Source of the DNA: Schmidtea polychroa
Lineage: Eukaryota
NCBI GenBank assembly: GCA_044892525.1
Contig: CM097885.1
Span: 51,152,001-51,216,000 of the forward strand
Direction: 5' to 3'
Length of the DNA: 64,000 nt
Shown here: positions 41,797 through 56,007 of the stretch, one piece after another
Numbering within the stretch: position 1 is the first letter of the stretch
Layout of the letters: each line of letters starts with the position of its first letter
Position numbers and translations under genes: made by a program
The notes under the pieces: generated by a model
The model's database searches: none
The model's input: the letters and a program-made list of their open reading frames with translations, nothing else
Told to the model about the DNA's origin: nothing

Positions 41797-44289
41797 ATTA
41801 TTATTATTATTAGTGAAAAAACCTTAAATAATTTTTACATACTAAGTTATGGGGTAGAGTATTATTATGTTTGCAGTATTCTGTGTTTGCCTTTACAGGA
41901 AGTTGTCAATAAGGAGCGATAATTTTACACACACATTCTATATACACATACCTTGTTTAACATGGGTGTATATACTTCTAGTCTAACCGACAAAATATTC
42001 TGTCCCCCTATGGGTACTGCACACAAGGGTACTACTCACACTCAACATGTCGCAAGGGTATATTAATTAGGGTTAGTAAATAAAACTTATGACACATACT
42101 ATTTTTAATAATTCTTTAAACTATAAAAATCAAGACAAGAGAGGACAAGGCAAAGTTTATGCATTTAGTATTGCCAGGTCTAATGAGCAGTGATCAAATA
42201 TCTGTGCCTGAAAGACACGGTGGATATTTGTTCGCGTCCACAAGGGTCGTCTGTGCCTCCCCCAAGTGGGGTCAAAAGAACCTGGGCATTATAGCTTTCC
42301 GTACGGAACATTACGCCTAGCATGGGTAGTCAACTACCAGAACATTCGAAACGTATAATTTCAAAATACATGCGTCATTGGCACTATAACCAAATTAATT
42401 AATGTTTTCACTAACACAAATATATATTTACAGAGGCCTCCCACTAGTTGGATTACAACCGCCCACCACGACGATCAGCTTGTAAATATATATTAATTAA
42501 GGGATAAAGAGGACCCACCCAACCCTATTATATTTAATTTACAAATTTTTCTCGCTCTTCTGCTGGTAATCTATCTCAAAATTATCATCTCCATCAGGCC
42601 ATTTGATAGTGATTTCATGGAATACATCTTGCGAATTGGACATATTTCTTAGTTTCTGATTTGGTGTCAACTAACATTGCTAAAATCTATATTGATTTAA
42701 AAGCAATTAACTTACATTATCTAACATTTTATCATCACAGGCTTGATAAATTAGGCAACTGTTATTTGTGGTATACTTTTTCAATGTCATTTCCCACCAT
42801 AAAACACAGATACCTAAATATAATATATATATTTTAAAGAATTAATTCATGTCTTACATTAATAATAATATTCTTCAGGTAGTACTTTACAATATCTAAT
42901 TGCTAAAACATCGGTTTTTCCCATTTTTCTTGACAATCGTTGAAAGTTTACATAATTTAAGTCTGATAATTCATGTTGAAGGACACCCCCAATCAGCTAA
43001 TTCATTTAAGAAATCCCGAACATAGCAATGTTTCACCATTTTGTATGGTTCATCTTCTTCTATAATTCATGTTTTAATAAGAAATCTCTAAATCCGGAAC
43101 TATAACTCCTTTAGTGTTTCACCATTTTGTCTGATTCATCTTCTTCATAATCCTATAATTCAGGTTTAAATAAGAATCTCTAAATCTCTATAACACATAA
43201 ATCCTTTGGTGTTTCATCATTGGTCTGGTTCATCTTCTTCATAATCCAATAATTCATTTTCTGTTGGTGGTCTGAGCGGTCGATTTAATTAGAAATAGAT
43301 ATATTAAAGATATTTAAGATACCATTCAGTAAATGAATTCTTAGTTAATATAGTATTTTTGAGTATTTTTTAGTTAATTTTTTAAATAACAGTATTTTGA
43401 TATATCAATAAAGACCATATACTGCGAGTTTATCCGACAAAATATTCTGTCCCCCTATGGGTATTGCTAGCAAAGGTACTACTCACACTCAACATGTCGC
43501 AAGGGTATATTAATTAAGGTTAGCAAATAAAACCTATCACACATACTTTAATATTTAAACGATAAAAATCAAGACAAGAGAGGACAAGGTAAAGTTTATG
43601 CATTTAGTATTGTCATACCTGATGAGCAGTGACCAAATATCTGTGCATGTTAATAATTAATTATTATTTAAAGGTTTAAAAATACTGATAAATAAAATTC
43701 TTCAATTTTACTTTGTGTAACATATGACTTTTATCATTTTCTTATCATTGTTTTATTTTGTTTAAATCTTTTAAAGCAAAAATAAAACTTTTTTGTTTTG
43801 ATTTAATTATTCTAAAAGTTCTCAAATTCAAAATTTATCTAATAATTAATTGTAATTGACATCTTTACACTATTCTATAATTTTAGATTACTAAAGAAAG
43901 TATAATTATAATTATAACTTTCTTTCTTTACTGGAAGAAATTTATGATCTATCAGAGTATAAGAAAGTAAATCATTTGTTATTTAAATTTCGGTTTTATT
44001 TGTAGATTTCAGGTTGAAAATAAATTAATGCAATGCAGTATCGATATCATAGAAAATTATTTTGAATATAATTTCCAGGTGAAATGTATTTAATTTTTAA
44101 ATGTAAATAATTAAATATTTATTGTAAATAATTAAATAATTAATAATTAATTAAACCGGTCCTTAAATATATTTTAATCTACATAATTTCTCAAATATAT
44201 TCCTCATTTCTTCAATAAAGCACAAATGACTTTAAAAAATTATAAAACTCTTGTTGCTTCGTATACCATGTAAAAAGTGTGATAATTTA

Positions 44290-44397
<108 letters not shown>

Positions 44398-44507
44398 CAT
44401 TTTTAAACATTTTATAATTAAACATTTTTTTTAAAATTAATACCAGAAATTTATATAAGAATATTTAAGATCATAAAAAAAAAAAAAACAACATGTATTA
44501 ACAAAAT

Positions 44508-44840
44508 TTATTTTCTAAATCCACCCATCGTGGAATAATGGTGGATTCTAAGGGCTTTCGCTATAGCACATTCAATGTATCGGTTATACCGAAATATACA
44601 TTCATCACAACTTTTATTAGCGAGGACCTCGGTTTCCACATTCGTCGGTACCCTGTTCAGCTTCACGTCCCAAAGAAACCTTTGGTATATATCTGATATC
44701 CATATATCAGTTGCTGAATACACGAGTTCGTGGATCTTCTCAGCAGCATGATTTTGAATAACCGGTTCTAGTTCCGGATAAAAGCTCTTCAGTTTATTGA
44801 GTATAATATTCAAATATTCTTCAGGGATGTTTGAATACAT
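44508..44840 (-). CDS. Hypothetical 110-aa protein carried in the inner Polinton core
   Basis: Uninterrupted, non-repetitive ORF, more GC-rich than its flanks; ATG directly follows a candidate 47-nt intron (GTAAGT at 44887, TTTATTTAG at 44841). No family recognised. Confidence 0.5.
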   Translation of the reverse strand: MYSNIPEEYLNIILNKLKSFYPELEPVIQNHAAEKIHELVYSATDIWISDIYQRFLWDVKLNRVPTNVETEVLANKSCDECIFRYNRYIECAIAKALRIHHYSTMGGFRK

Positions 44841-46188
44841 CTAAATAAAAACATTAATTTAAATAAAATAAATAATAAAGTACTTACTTTAAATTAATGA
44901 GAATGATATTAAATAAATTAAAAAACTATTTATACCATTTCCTCAAACACACCATATGTTCAACCTCTCGACTGTCTCTGGTTGATTTCCATAGGGAAAC
45001 ATCTGTTTATCTGTTATCTCTGGGGGGGGGATTTCTTTGCTCATCCATTGAAAACATCTGTTGCCAACTCTGGTTGCTGCCACTGATTACATATTCGATT
45101 ATGTAGAATTTATTAAGTAATTATTTTATGTGTTATTTTATAAATAGTTTATTTAATGTGATGCATTTGATTTTCAAATAGATATTTATTACTTTGTAAA
45201 ATTATGTCATATAACTATATGAAAATATGTATTCCCAACTTAACCGAACCCTCACTAAATCCAACCGACTCTAATTTCACCCACTTGAACCCTTTAATAT
45301 ATATTTCTACATAACCGATCCCTCACCAAATAATTCTACCCACTTGAACCCTTTAATATATATTTCTACATAACCGATCCCTCACCAAATAATTCTACCC
45401 GCTTGAAATCAATTCTTTAAAAACCCTTAGAAAATGTGAAAAATCTTTAAAAATATGAATTTTCATTAGTTGTTATCGCCACATAACATACATTTATGAA
45501 ATATCTAAATAGATATATAATAAGAGCATCCTTGTTCAAAATTTACTAAAATCAATATTTTCTACAAATATTTCACCGCATTTACCATCAAATACCTAAC
45601 TAGAGATGAAATATATTGATTGATCATAATTCTTCATCGATTCAGCTAATTATATAGCAATTATAACGTGATATATCTTTCAAAATCACAAATTTCAGTA
45701 TATTTTACAATAATTTTTACAAAAATTAAATAATAATAATAAAGTTTAATGGGTTGTGTGTGTGTGTAAAAAATATTTGAGGTTTTCACGAATATTGATA
45801 ATAATAATGGTTTATGAGTGTTTTTATGTTTTTGACTAATATTTGCAATAATAATAATGGTTAACGGGTTGTGTGTGTGTGTGTGTGTAGAAAATATTTT
45901 AGGTTTTCACTAATATTGATAATAATAATTGTTAATGGGCTGTGTGAGTGTAAATAATATTTTAGGTTTTTGACTAATATTTGCAATAATAATAATAATA
46001 ATAATAAGTTTAATGAGTTGTATGTGTGTGTGTAAAAATATTTTAGGTTTTTAATATTGATAATAATAATAATAATGGTTAATGGGTTGTGTGTGTGTGT
46101 AAAAAATATTTTAGGTTTTTAATATTGATAATAATAATAATGGTTGAAGGGTTGTGTGTGTAAACCATATTTTAGATTTTTCATTAAC

Positions 46189-46293
<105 letters not shown>

Positions 46294-46655
46294 TCCCGCG
46301 CGTGTTAATACTTTAAAAGAAAATATTGAAAATTTAAAAAATAATAATATTTATGCAAAGCATGTGCAATAATTATGTCTTTGTTAATTAAGTAAACTTT
46401 AGTGTCAAAATAAGTTTTTAAAATATTTTTAAATTTAAAATACCGCAACTTAATATATTTTTGTTCTACCCCTTCATTGATTTAAGTTGGTCAGAATTTA
46501 ATAATAATTATATTATACCCTTTGAGACATGTTGAATGTGAGTAGTACACCTTTGACCATTACCCATATGAGCAATACCCATAAAGGGATAGAATATTTT
46601 GTCGGATAGATTAAGAGTATATATGATAATAATATTCCCCGTGCGCGTAATAATA

Positions 46656-46725
<70 letters not shown>

Positions 46726-46891
46726 TGAACTTGTATTTGAAATAATAATAATAATAATTTACGACATATTGAGTGTGAGCAGTACCCTTGTGACTTGTTG
46801 AATGTGAGTAGTACATTTGTGAGCAGTACCCATAGGGGGACAGAATATTTTGTCGGATAGACTAGGAGTATATAATATTAATAATTATAAT

Positions 46892-46942
<51 letters not shown>

Positions 46943-49229
46943 CAACGATTTAAACAAATTAAATTATTATGTAATCGATAATTAAAACAAAAATTATTAG
47001 TTCTAAAAATATTAAGCATCGTTCTAAAAATATTAGACATCGTTCTAAAATTATGACGTAATCATTCTAAAAATAATAGGCATCGTTCTAAAAATATTAG
47101 GCATCGTTCTAAAATTATGACGTAATCATTCTAAAAATAAGAGGCATCGTTCTAAAATTATGACGTAATCATTCTAAAAATAATAGGCATCGTTCTAAAA
47201 TATTAGACATCGTTCTAAAATAAGAGGCATCGTTCTAAAAGTATGATGTAATCGTTCTAAAAATATTAGGCATCGTTCTAAAAATATTAGGCATCGTTCT
47301 AAAAATATTAGGCATCGTTCTAAAAATATTAGGCATCGTTGGGTGAGTCATTGGGTGAGTCATTCTCTTTGTTAATAATAATGATGATGATACCTTCTAT
47401 GGCTCATTAGAAAGGTCTTGGACTGAGCTTTAAGATGAGGTATCGTCCAATAAATTCGGATAATGGGAACATTAATTTTTGGGATGAAAAAAAGTGTGAG
47501 CCCGGCAGATCACTTAATAATAATTTGGAAAATAATAATAATTTAACTTTGAAAAGATGGTGGTCATCAAATGTTAATAACATTAAAACTATTAAAGATA
47601 TATAAGATACCTATAGCTCATCCGAAAGGTCTTGGACTGAGCTTTAAGATGAGGTATCGGTCAATAAAATCTGTTAACGAGAACATTAATTTTTGGGATG
47701 AAAAAAAGTAGGAGCTCCCCGCGACACATAATTAAAACAAAAAATTAAATTAAAAAAAAAAATAAATGACCTTGACCTTGACCTTTTATTTAAAAAAAAA
47801 ATTTTCCCGGGGGGGAGGGGGTATATGTGTCGCAGAGGGCCCCTGTTCTGGATGGCCCCAATCATACTACTGAGGGGGTAGGAGGGGGGTATGTGATCCA
47901 GCAGAGTCCTGATCTGGGGAGCTCACAACCAACTACTCTAACAAATCATAGAAAGCTCTAAAAAGATAATGACCGAAAAATATTCTTGCAAATTTTCATA
48001 TATTGAGAAAATTAATAAAAATAAGAATTCCTACAAAATAAATAATAAAATAATTGAAAATATGATCCCCTTTATGTGATGTAGAAATAAGAGAAGTTCC
48101 AATAAACGTAAAGGATAAAAAAATTTCTAAAAAACCTCAATATTTCCTTTTATTAAAATATTACTTATTAGAATTATTAGAAGTGTTGTTAGTCAGTTCG
48201 AAAAAAACAATTTTTAAAATAATTTTTTTAATTATTATAAATCTTTTAAAGGAATATACTTCATTTTTTTGTTACAATAATAAGAAATATTATTTATAAT
48301 TTAAAAATGGTTATTAAATAAATTTAATATGGAAATGAAACTTTTAATGGATATTAATAAGTTACAATATCGAATAAATAATATTAAAATTCAATCAACT
48401 ACGGTTACTATGGATATGGGACAAAATAACAATCTATATAACTTGTCGAGAAAATGTCAATGTATATAGCCCAGCAATTCTTGTTGGATGGGAATATGAA
48501 CAGAATGGTCTTGGAGATGGAGTTTGAATACCCGTGCTTCATCGGATGTAGTTGATGCATGGATAGATATGATGTTTGGTGAAAGCTCGCCATAGACTTT
48601 ATTTATCGAAATTGATTTTTATGCTAATTTTCTTGTTTTTATTATATTGGGAAGTGATAATTATAATAACTCCACAGATCTTTTTTGAATAAAAATTAGA
48701 ATTTATTGACTTCTATATTTGAATTTTATGTCTTTCATTGTAACTTGGAAATATTTCAATTATTTTACTTAAAATTTCAATATTCCTATCAACGCTGTGT
48801 TGTATAGTGGTACTATCAGTCACTGATAATCAGTGGCTTGTTTATAGTGGCTTAGTTGACGACCATTATTTCCCATGCAATATTATTTTCATTGAAAACT
48901 TACCATTTTTGTTAAATTTCTTTGACGAATGTCATAAAGTCATATTTTCTTTTTAAATTTAGACTAAACATTTTACCTAATCAGGTAAAGTTTTCATTAC
49001 TATCGATTGCAATTTAGTTAAAATATATTTCATTTCTAACACAATAAAAAATTTATTTAAAAATTATTTGATAAATTACACCGAATAAATAACATTTGTA
49101 TTATCTTGACAACATTTTTACTAGGTTAATCTGTTATTGTTTACAGGATTTAATGTATAAAGTAGGATGCTTAGTAAACAGAAACGGTTTCTTAGTGTAT
49201 GTAGTTGTTTACTCAATAAATATATTATT

Positions 49230-49690
49230 ACTTAGTTGTTAGTAACCGGATGTTAGTAACTAGTAGTTGGTGCCTGGTTTTTAGTGCCCGGTTGATGTAT
49301 CAAATAGCAGGAATCAATATTTAAAAACTTGTTTGTATACATTACGAATCAGTACAATGATCTTGTTTGAAAGGTTGAGAGACTGTATAATTTGTAGTGA
49401 TTAAACAAATATTACATGTTCTTGTTGGTTCTGAAATTTCCAATAATATAAGAATAAAGAAATAGTTTATATTTTACTGACAAAATTAAGAAGAGCTTAT
49501 TATAATCAAATATGTGATGAAGATTAAAGTTTGTATCCTTATTTTCTTTTTTGGTAACTGTTATTGTATCTTTTTACGTGTTGGTTGTACCCTGGTTGTT
49601 GATACCTATTTGTTAGTAGCTGGTTATTTGTAGCCAATTGTTAGTACCTAGTTGCTGGTACTTGGTTGTTGGTAGCTGGTTGTTCGTCGA
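49230..49690 (+). repeat. Two clusters of degenerate 14-bp repeats (TTGTTAGTACCTGG-like)
   Basis: Clusters at about 49232-49300 and 49580-49688; possibly subterminal repeats of the adjacent hAT remnant. Confidence 0.6.
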
Positions 49691-49869
49691 ATTATTATTG
49701 TTATTATTATTGTTATTATTAGTATTTCATAAATATTTTCTTTACAAATTTCATTATATTACATTTTTCTTAGATTTTAGCGTTTTTTAGATTTTAATTT
49801 ATTAATTAGTTTAATTTATTAATTACTTTAATTTACTTAATATTTAACAATTAATAATTTTAGACAAAC

Positions 49870-51130
49870 AAGATGCTCTTTCAAAAATTCACCAAGAGTC
49901 AAGCCTTCTGCTTGAAAATCTTTTGTAACGATTTAAGCACAGCGAAACAAAGTTTGAAGTTCCTCTACTGCTTTCCATTGCATTTTAGTCGTAATCACGT
50001 TCGGGTTGGCCATTTCTTTGAGGTAAAATTTAAGTTCAATAAGTCACTGAATCATTAAGTATGCACTACTCCATTTAGTAGCTTGATCTAAAATCGCCAC
50101 TTTTCAAGTCTTTGCTTTATTACAGCATGCACCTTTAGTGTTTTAGCGGCTATTGCGACGTTTCGTACATTTTCACAGATACTTGTTGCTTGAAGATTTC
50201 TCAAGCCGCCATGGATTGGTAATTTTGACATATGTACGGCACATTGCTTATGATGAATTTTCAAAAGTTCCGAAGCGGTATCGCCAAATGTATCATCCAA
50301 TATACATCATCCATAATACTATATTCATCGATATCGTCTTCCACATCCAACTGCATTGTACTTAATCTTTCGACAGTACTTAGCATATTGCGAGCATTGT
50401 CCGTCACGATTGATACAACTTGTTCTATTTTAATATTAAACTCTTGCAGAACATCCATCATAAGTTTTTTTTGGTTAGATTTAGTGTCCTTGACTACCAA
50501 TGTACAATTTATAATTTCTTTTTGATCATCAATGAATTGAACAATAATGCCTAAGTAATTTACCCGATGACGTGTGCATGTGTCCATTTTTAAATAAATG
50601 AACTTTCCGTGTAATAGATTTTGAAGTTCATTAATCTGTTTTATGGCGTCCTTCATTACTAAATTTAGTACAGTACTTTTTTCAAAAAAAATTCGGACTT
50701 TACGAGCCATATCCCCGTTTAATTCAATGAAAACTGGACTGGAAAAAGTAAGAGACAAAGAATTTTTTTTCACCTTTTTACTGATGCAGTTTTAAAATTT
50801 GTCGGTCGTCATAGATACGGTAACATTTTTACTTGTAAAATACTTAGTTACTAAAACTTGGCGATTCGGATTAACACTTGGTTTTAAACTAGCGTTGTCT
50901 TTCTCACAAATGATCATATATAAATTAGGGTTATGACGTTGAATTTGACGCTTCATATTCTATACAATAATAGGCGCTCTAGATCCATTTCCACCAAAGC
51001 ACTGATTTTTATGCCACAAATTTGTTTTTCAGAGTTATCCTCAGCTTGATAAACAAAAAATAAATCGTCCTCAGTCTTCTCAAAATATTCGGTAACCGTG
51101 GAATTTTCCTCGATCCCTGAGACACTTTCA
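49870..51130 (-). pseudogene. Degenerate hAT (Ac/ZBED-like) transposase
   Basis: LKMDTCTRHRVNYLGIIVQF, SIVTDNARNM, CAVH and DQATKWSSAYLMI (the TRWNS equivalent), split by stops and frameshifts. Confidence 0.78.
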
Positions 51131-51389
51131 ACAAAAGGGATTTTTCAAATTTAAAAAATTATTAGCTTAAAAAAATTAGCTTAATATAACTAAATAAAAA
51201 GTAAAATGTGTTTTTATTACAAAGAAAACGCACCTCTGATCCTTGGAATTACAAAGGAAGACACACAAATTTAAAGTAATTTGTATATATTACGTAATGA
51301 CATACAAATGCGATTGATGCAATACAATGACTGAAAAAAATACGTGAATTTTACCGAACAAACAAATGTATATATTTCAAGTAACAAAC

Positions 51390-52315
51390 ACACCTGGCCT
51401 ACCAAAAGTCTCCAGTCAGGCAGTTATTTACATATTGCAGTCTATAATGACCAGTTTACAATGAACAGAATTGAGAACAAATGCCACAAACAAACACACG
51501 AATACTGAATGTCTGTAGTGCTGAGAGAGTTTATACTTCGTTATATTACCCTTTATCTGGATAACAAGGCGCACTCGTTTAGGCATTGTATCGACCACCT
51601 TTGCCAGGAAATCAGGGGAGATGTGTGACCATTCCTCATGCAGATGCGTTTCCATTTCGGAGGGGTTACAGACAATGGGAATCCTTTTGCAAACTCGTTT
51701 ACCAAGGACATTCCACAGAAACTCAATATGATTCAGATCAGGGCTTTGTGAAACCCAATTCAAAACATTGATGCTGTGCTGGAGAAAGAATTCCTTCATA
51801 ATATGAGAAGTATGGATTGGTGCATTATCTTGTATGCAAATGAGCCCCTCAATTTCTGGGGGGAAAGGGAACAAGCTCATTTTCCACAATGGCACGGTAT
51901 TCCACTGACGTCACGTGATTGCTGCACTTTATTAGAGGGCTTTGCGCAGTATCTGCCATAGAACCATGAAAATATAATGCGCGACAAATGGTGGACATGC
52001 TGGCAAGGGCCAGTGTTAAATGTGGACACTAAACTGTTGATGAGCCACCACAAGTCATTTCAGCTGCCGTTGTGTACGGATGCTCAAAGGTTTAGGGTGG
52101 CCTGAACATTGCTTGTTGACATGTGTCTGCTCCTGGCGGTACCTTTCTCAGGAAGTAGTTAATAGTTCCTTTCGGAATGACCAGTCAATGCAACTGTTTT
52201 AGTCTGACTTTTCCACAGAGTTAACATCTGTAAATAATGCCTTTCTGAAAATCAGTAAGCTCTTTGAGTAGCCATATTCTAAGAAAATGACAATCCTTCG
52301 GTAACATGACTCACT
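51390..52315 (-). mobile_element. Tc1-family remnant (DD34E), internally deleted
   Basis: QDNAPIH...WVSQSPDLNHIEFLW with 34 residues between D and E; N-terminal ELTDFQKGII near 52260. Boundaries approximate. Confidence 0.82.
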
Positions 52316-54836
52316 GTTACACCTAATTCCAGAAGTTAAAAGTTTCTATAATCTAAAAAATATGGATAAAATTATAATATAGGAACACACAAACTTACCT
52401 GTGTGCAAAAATTTAATGTTCCGAAAGTTAAAGGTTTTATTATAGGAATTTAGAAAGTAACAGAAAATAATTTTACATACAAACACATCACACATAAATT
52501 AAAATACTATTTTAAAATATAACGCAAAATTAATATAGCTTTTTTTATTCCGAAAGTTATATGTAATTAACATATTGTTAACATATCGTTATTTTTAATA
52601 TATTAAAATTTATGGCGGAAAAAACTTTGGATTTTCAATCGGACAACTCTACTTTGAACTTTCAATAAAAAGACGACAAAACATTGTAAAAAATCTATTT
52701 AAAAAATATTTTTGAAGTTATTATTTCTTTAGATTTTTAGATATTTCTCTGGAAACGCTAGCTTTTTGCGAAGGTGAAGAATTGACATTGTAAGAATTTT
52801 TTCATTTAATTACAAATAATAAAAATATTTTGAAGTGTATCAGATATTTCTTGTCAAATGACTTTGTGTGAAGATAGCATTTCTAATAATCAACAAGGTC
52901 CATCAACATTTGCAGAAAAAAATAAATTTTAATAACTTGTATAAAAAATAATAATTTCATAGAATTACATAAAATGACAAAATTCGCCATATAAATGAGC
53001 TGGAGAAAGAACATTACAAAAACTTAAAAAACTACTCCGCTTCTTTCTTAAATGTCTTAAAAAATGTGTTTGGTGATTTCTTTATTTATTTATAGTTAAA
53101 AATATTATTCTAACTTACATTTTATCGAAATAATTCCAAATAAATTCATAGTCATAAAAATCCTAAAAAAACCTGAAAATTAATTAAATATAATTTATAA
53201 TCAAAATGTTGACTACAAGTAACATTTAAAAGCTTGAATAGTGATTTCATAATTTTATAAAATCAAAATTCAAACCTTAAAAGTTACTTAAATTAAAAAA
53301 ACTTACTTGTAAAATTGAATAAATGAAATGAAGTAAATAACTTCACATTGTCATAAATGGTGAGTCATCAACTGATGAACACACAAACAGGTATTATAAA
53401 GACTTTTAACTTGTGGAATATGGTGTATCACTGTTGTGTGTCTGGTGTGAGTTGTCATATTCTGTGTGAGTACATGTGCGCATGCAGCATATTGAAGGTG
53501 TTGGTAACCTTTTTTCCCATTGCTATTCATATTTGCATTGTAGACGTTCATTATAAATTGCAATATGTAAATAACTGCAGGGGTATATAATATCTCGCTT
53601 TTCGACATAAAAAAGAAAGAGACCAATAGTTTTTGCATTGACTTGTATGTATCCGATTTAGGGAATTTGGGTGACTCATTATGTCGGCGCAACTCATGAC
53701 ACATACACGTTTAATATTCAATCTTTATACACATTCATCATTACGCAATTAAACTTTTATAAATTTCGTAATTAAAAAATGGCATTTCATAGAAAAAATG
53801 GTAGGTGTCGCTCATTGTCACGACTCCGGCTCGAATTACGGAGAAAACACCGCGATTTTACGACCTCGACTCCATAGCTTTGAGTTCTTTTTGAGTTGGG
53901 AAGATATTTCCTGTAAATATCTTTGTATATTTCATATAATTGATAATGACATTAATTGATATCCTATAATAAAATAATTTCTATAATAAAGTAGTGTGAC
54001 TTATATCTTTCCAAATTTTTCTAAGTATTTTTGTTGATTTACATATTTATTTCTTATGCTTTTGTTCATTGTCTCCCCATGTGTTAAAGAATACAAATTT
54101 ATTTCTATAATGTAAGTTTATCTATGTTTCATAATATATTAAAGTTGTTATATTATCGCATTTGATGATGATGATGTTATTTACTGTCTCGTCATTTATT
54201 AAAGTATACTATTTTAATTCTAAAATATAATTCTTCTATATAGTTTCATTATATATGAAGTGTTATATTATGGTGTGACCTATATTTTAATTTAGAGACT
54301 TTGAAGCTCATTTCCATGGAAACTAAGCATTATTTAGAGACTATATATTTCGGGACCTACATAAATTTCTGAGTCAACCTAAATATTTTCAAGGAGGATT
54401 GGTAGCGGTGCCACTTCCACCTACTAAAGATGAAGACGAATTTCATTTTAAATGATTTTTATGAATTCCAAAATGTTTATTTAGGTTATTTATAATTTAT
54501 AAATTTGGAGAGAAAAAATGAGAAAATTCATCAAAACAATTTATATTGCGTAGTTGAATGAAAAATTATTATTACATTTCATCAACTTATTAATTCAAAT
54601 ATTTAAATAAATTATTTAAAATATTCTAATTTTCATTTTTATTGGTAATCGGGTATTTATTGTTTTCATAAAGTCCTTATATTTTTTAATAATAACATCA
54701 ACATAATTAGGAAATGTTGGCATTATTTATTTAATTAAAATGAAATAAGTCAAATATTTCAAGTTTTATTTAGTGTGAAAAATGTATTCCAAAGGTTAAA
54801 AATACAAATTTAAACAAAACACTATCAAAATTATCT

Positions 54837-55190
54837 ATGCCTAAATTATATGCTGTTTGGATAATTTTTTTATTCTTGGATTTAATTCATATTTCCCATT
54901 CGATTGGATTCACTTTATCAAATAATGACATTGGGAAATGTATTGGATATACTATCAAACTGAAAGGGATTTTGATAGGAAATTATACGTCTAATGAAAT
55001 ATGTAATTTACAGGTATGATAAAGAAATATAAATTTATATGTTTAATTAAAAATTATTAGATTTTTAACCAAAATAAAAATATAGTGAAAGAATTCAACA
55101 AGCAATTCAGTGGATATTTTTCAATTTCAGTGAAAGAAATTACCGAAGTAACGATCTGCTTCAACAAGCTTATAAAGAATAATGAGCACA
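54837..55190 (+). CDS. Partial divergent p24/TMED-like (GOLD domain) secretory-pathway protein, first two exons
   Basis: Exons 54837-55013 and 55061-55190, 47-nt GT-AG intron, in frame: signal-peptide-like MPKLYAVWIIFLFLDLIHISHS then IGFTLSNNDIGKCIGY...LIGNY...LQIFNQNKNIV...SGYFSISVKEITEVTICFNK, with two Cys in GOLD-like context. Later exons not resolved. Confidence 0.55.
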
Positions 55191-55618
55191 GTAAACTTTA
55201 TGATTTAATTAAAAATTAATTTAAATTTTCAAAATATTATAGAATATTATAATGAATAATTTCAAAAATCTTTATTTTTTCATATACAATTATAATTCAA
55301 AGTATCACTAACACAATGTTTATGAATCAAGAGCATCGCAAACTCTAGGTGGGTCATGGCAAGGTCGAAATAAAAAAAATATAAAAATAATTCAAATTAT
55401 AATCTAATTATAATTCAAATTAATATCTAAATTATGACATAAATATAATTTCATAAATATATTGTTTTAAGAACACAAATATTAATAAAAGATGTTTGAC
55501 TTGTTTATCTATATAATAGCTTAAAATGATTTGATTTATAAACTTTTCTTTATACTACAAATGCATAATATTTACAAGTTAATGAAAATAGAAAAATGTG
55601 AATTTAATATTATAAGTA

Positions 55619-56007
55619 TACTAATCTTTCACTTAACGAATTAATTCGTTTCCAAAAATTTAAACGTAAATCGAAATTTTTTAAGCGAATTTTTATTTTA
55701 ATTATCGGTAATATAAACCAAGAATTCTTATTAAAAAAGGTAATTTATAAATTAAAAAATCTAATCAATTCATATTATTGAAGAAAATATTCGTAAGTCA
55801 AAAACAAAAATAATATGTATTTATTTTATTTATTCATAACAAAAAAATATATTTATTACATAAATTACGGTGTGATATCCCTAATTAAATAAAAAACAAA
55901 AATTCGTAAATGGACTTTTTTTTCGTAAACAGAGACTGAATTTTTTGTTAAAATTACGTTATAGCGAAACTTCGTAAAAACAGACTTCGTTAAGCGAGGG
56001 ATTGGTG
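55619..56007. mobile_element. MITE, Tc1/mariner-pogo type
   Basis: Imperfect TIRs (TACTAATCTTTCACTTAACGAA left; TTCGTTAAGCGAGGGATTGGTG right) flanked by TA. Confidence 0.62.

Noticed and set aside
52730..54455. Possible plus-strand exons (about 52734-52789, 53780-53910, 54340-54455)
   Set aside because: Splice-like signals present, but I could not join them into a stop-free frame or recognise a product.
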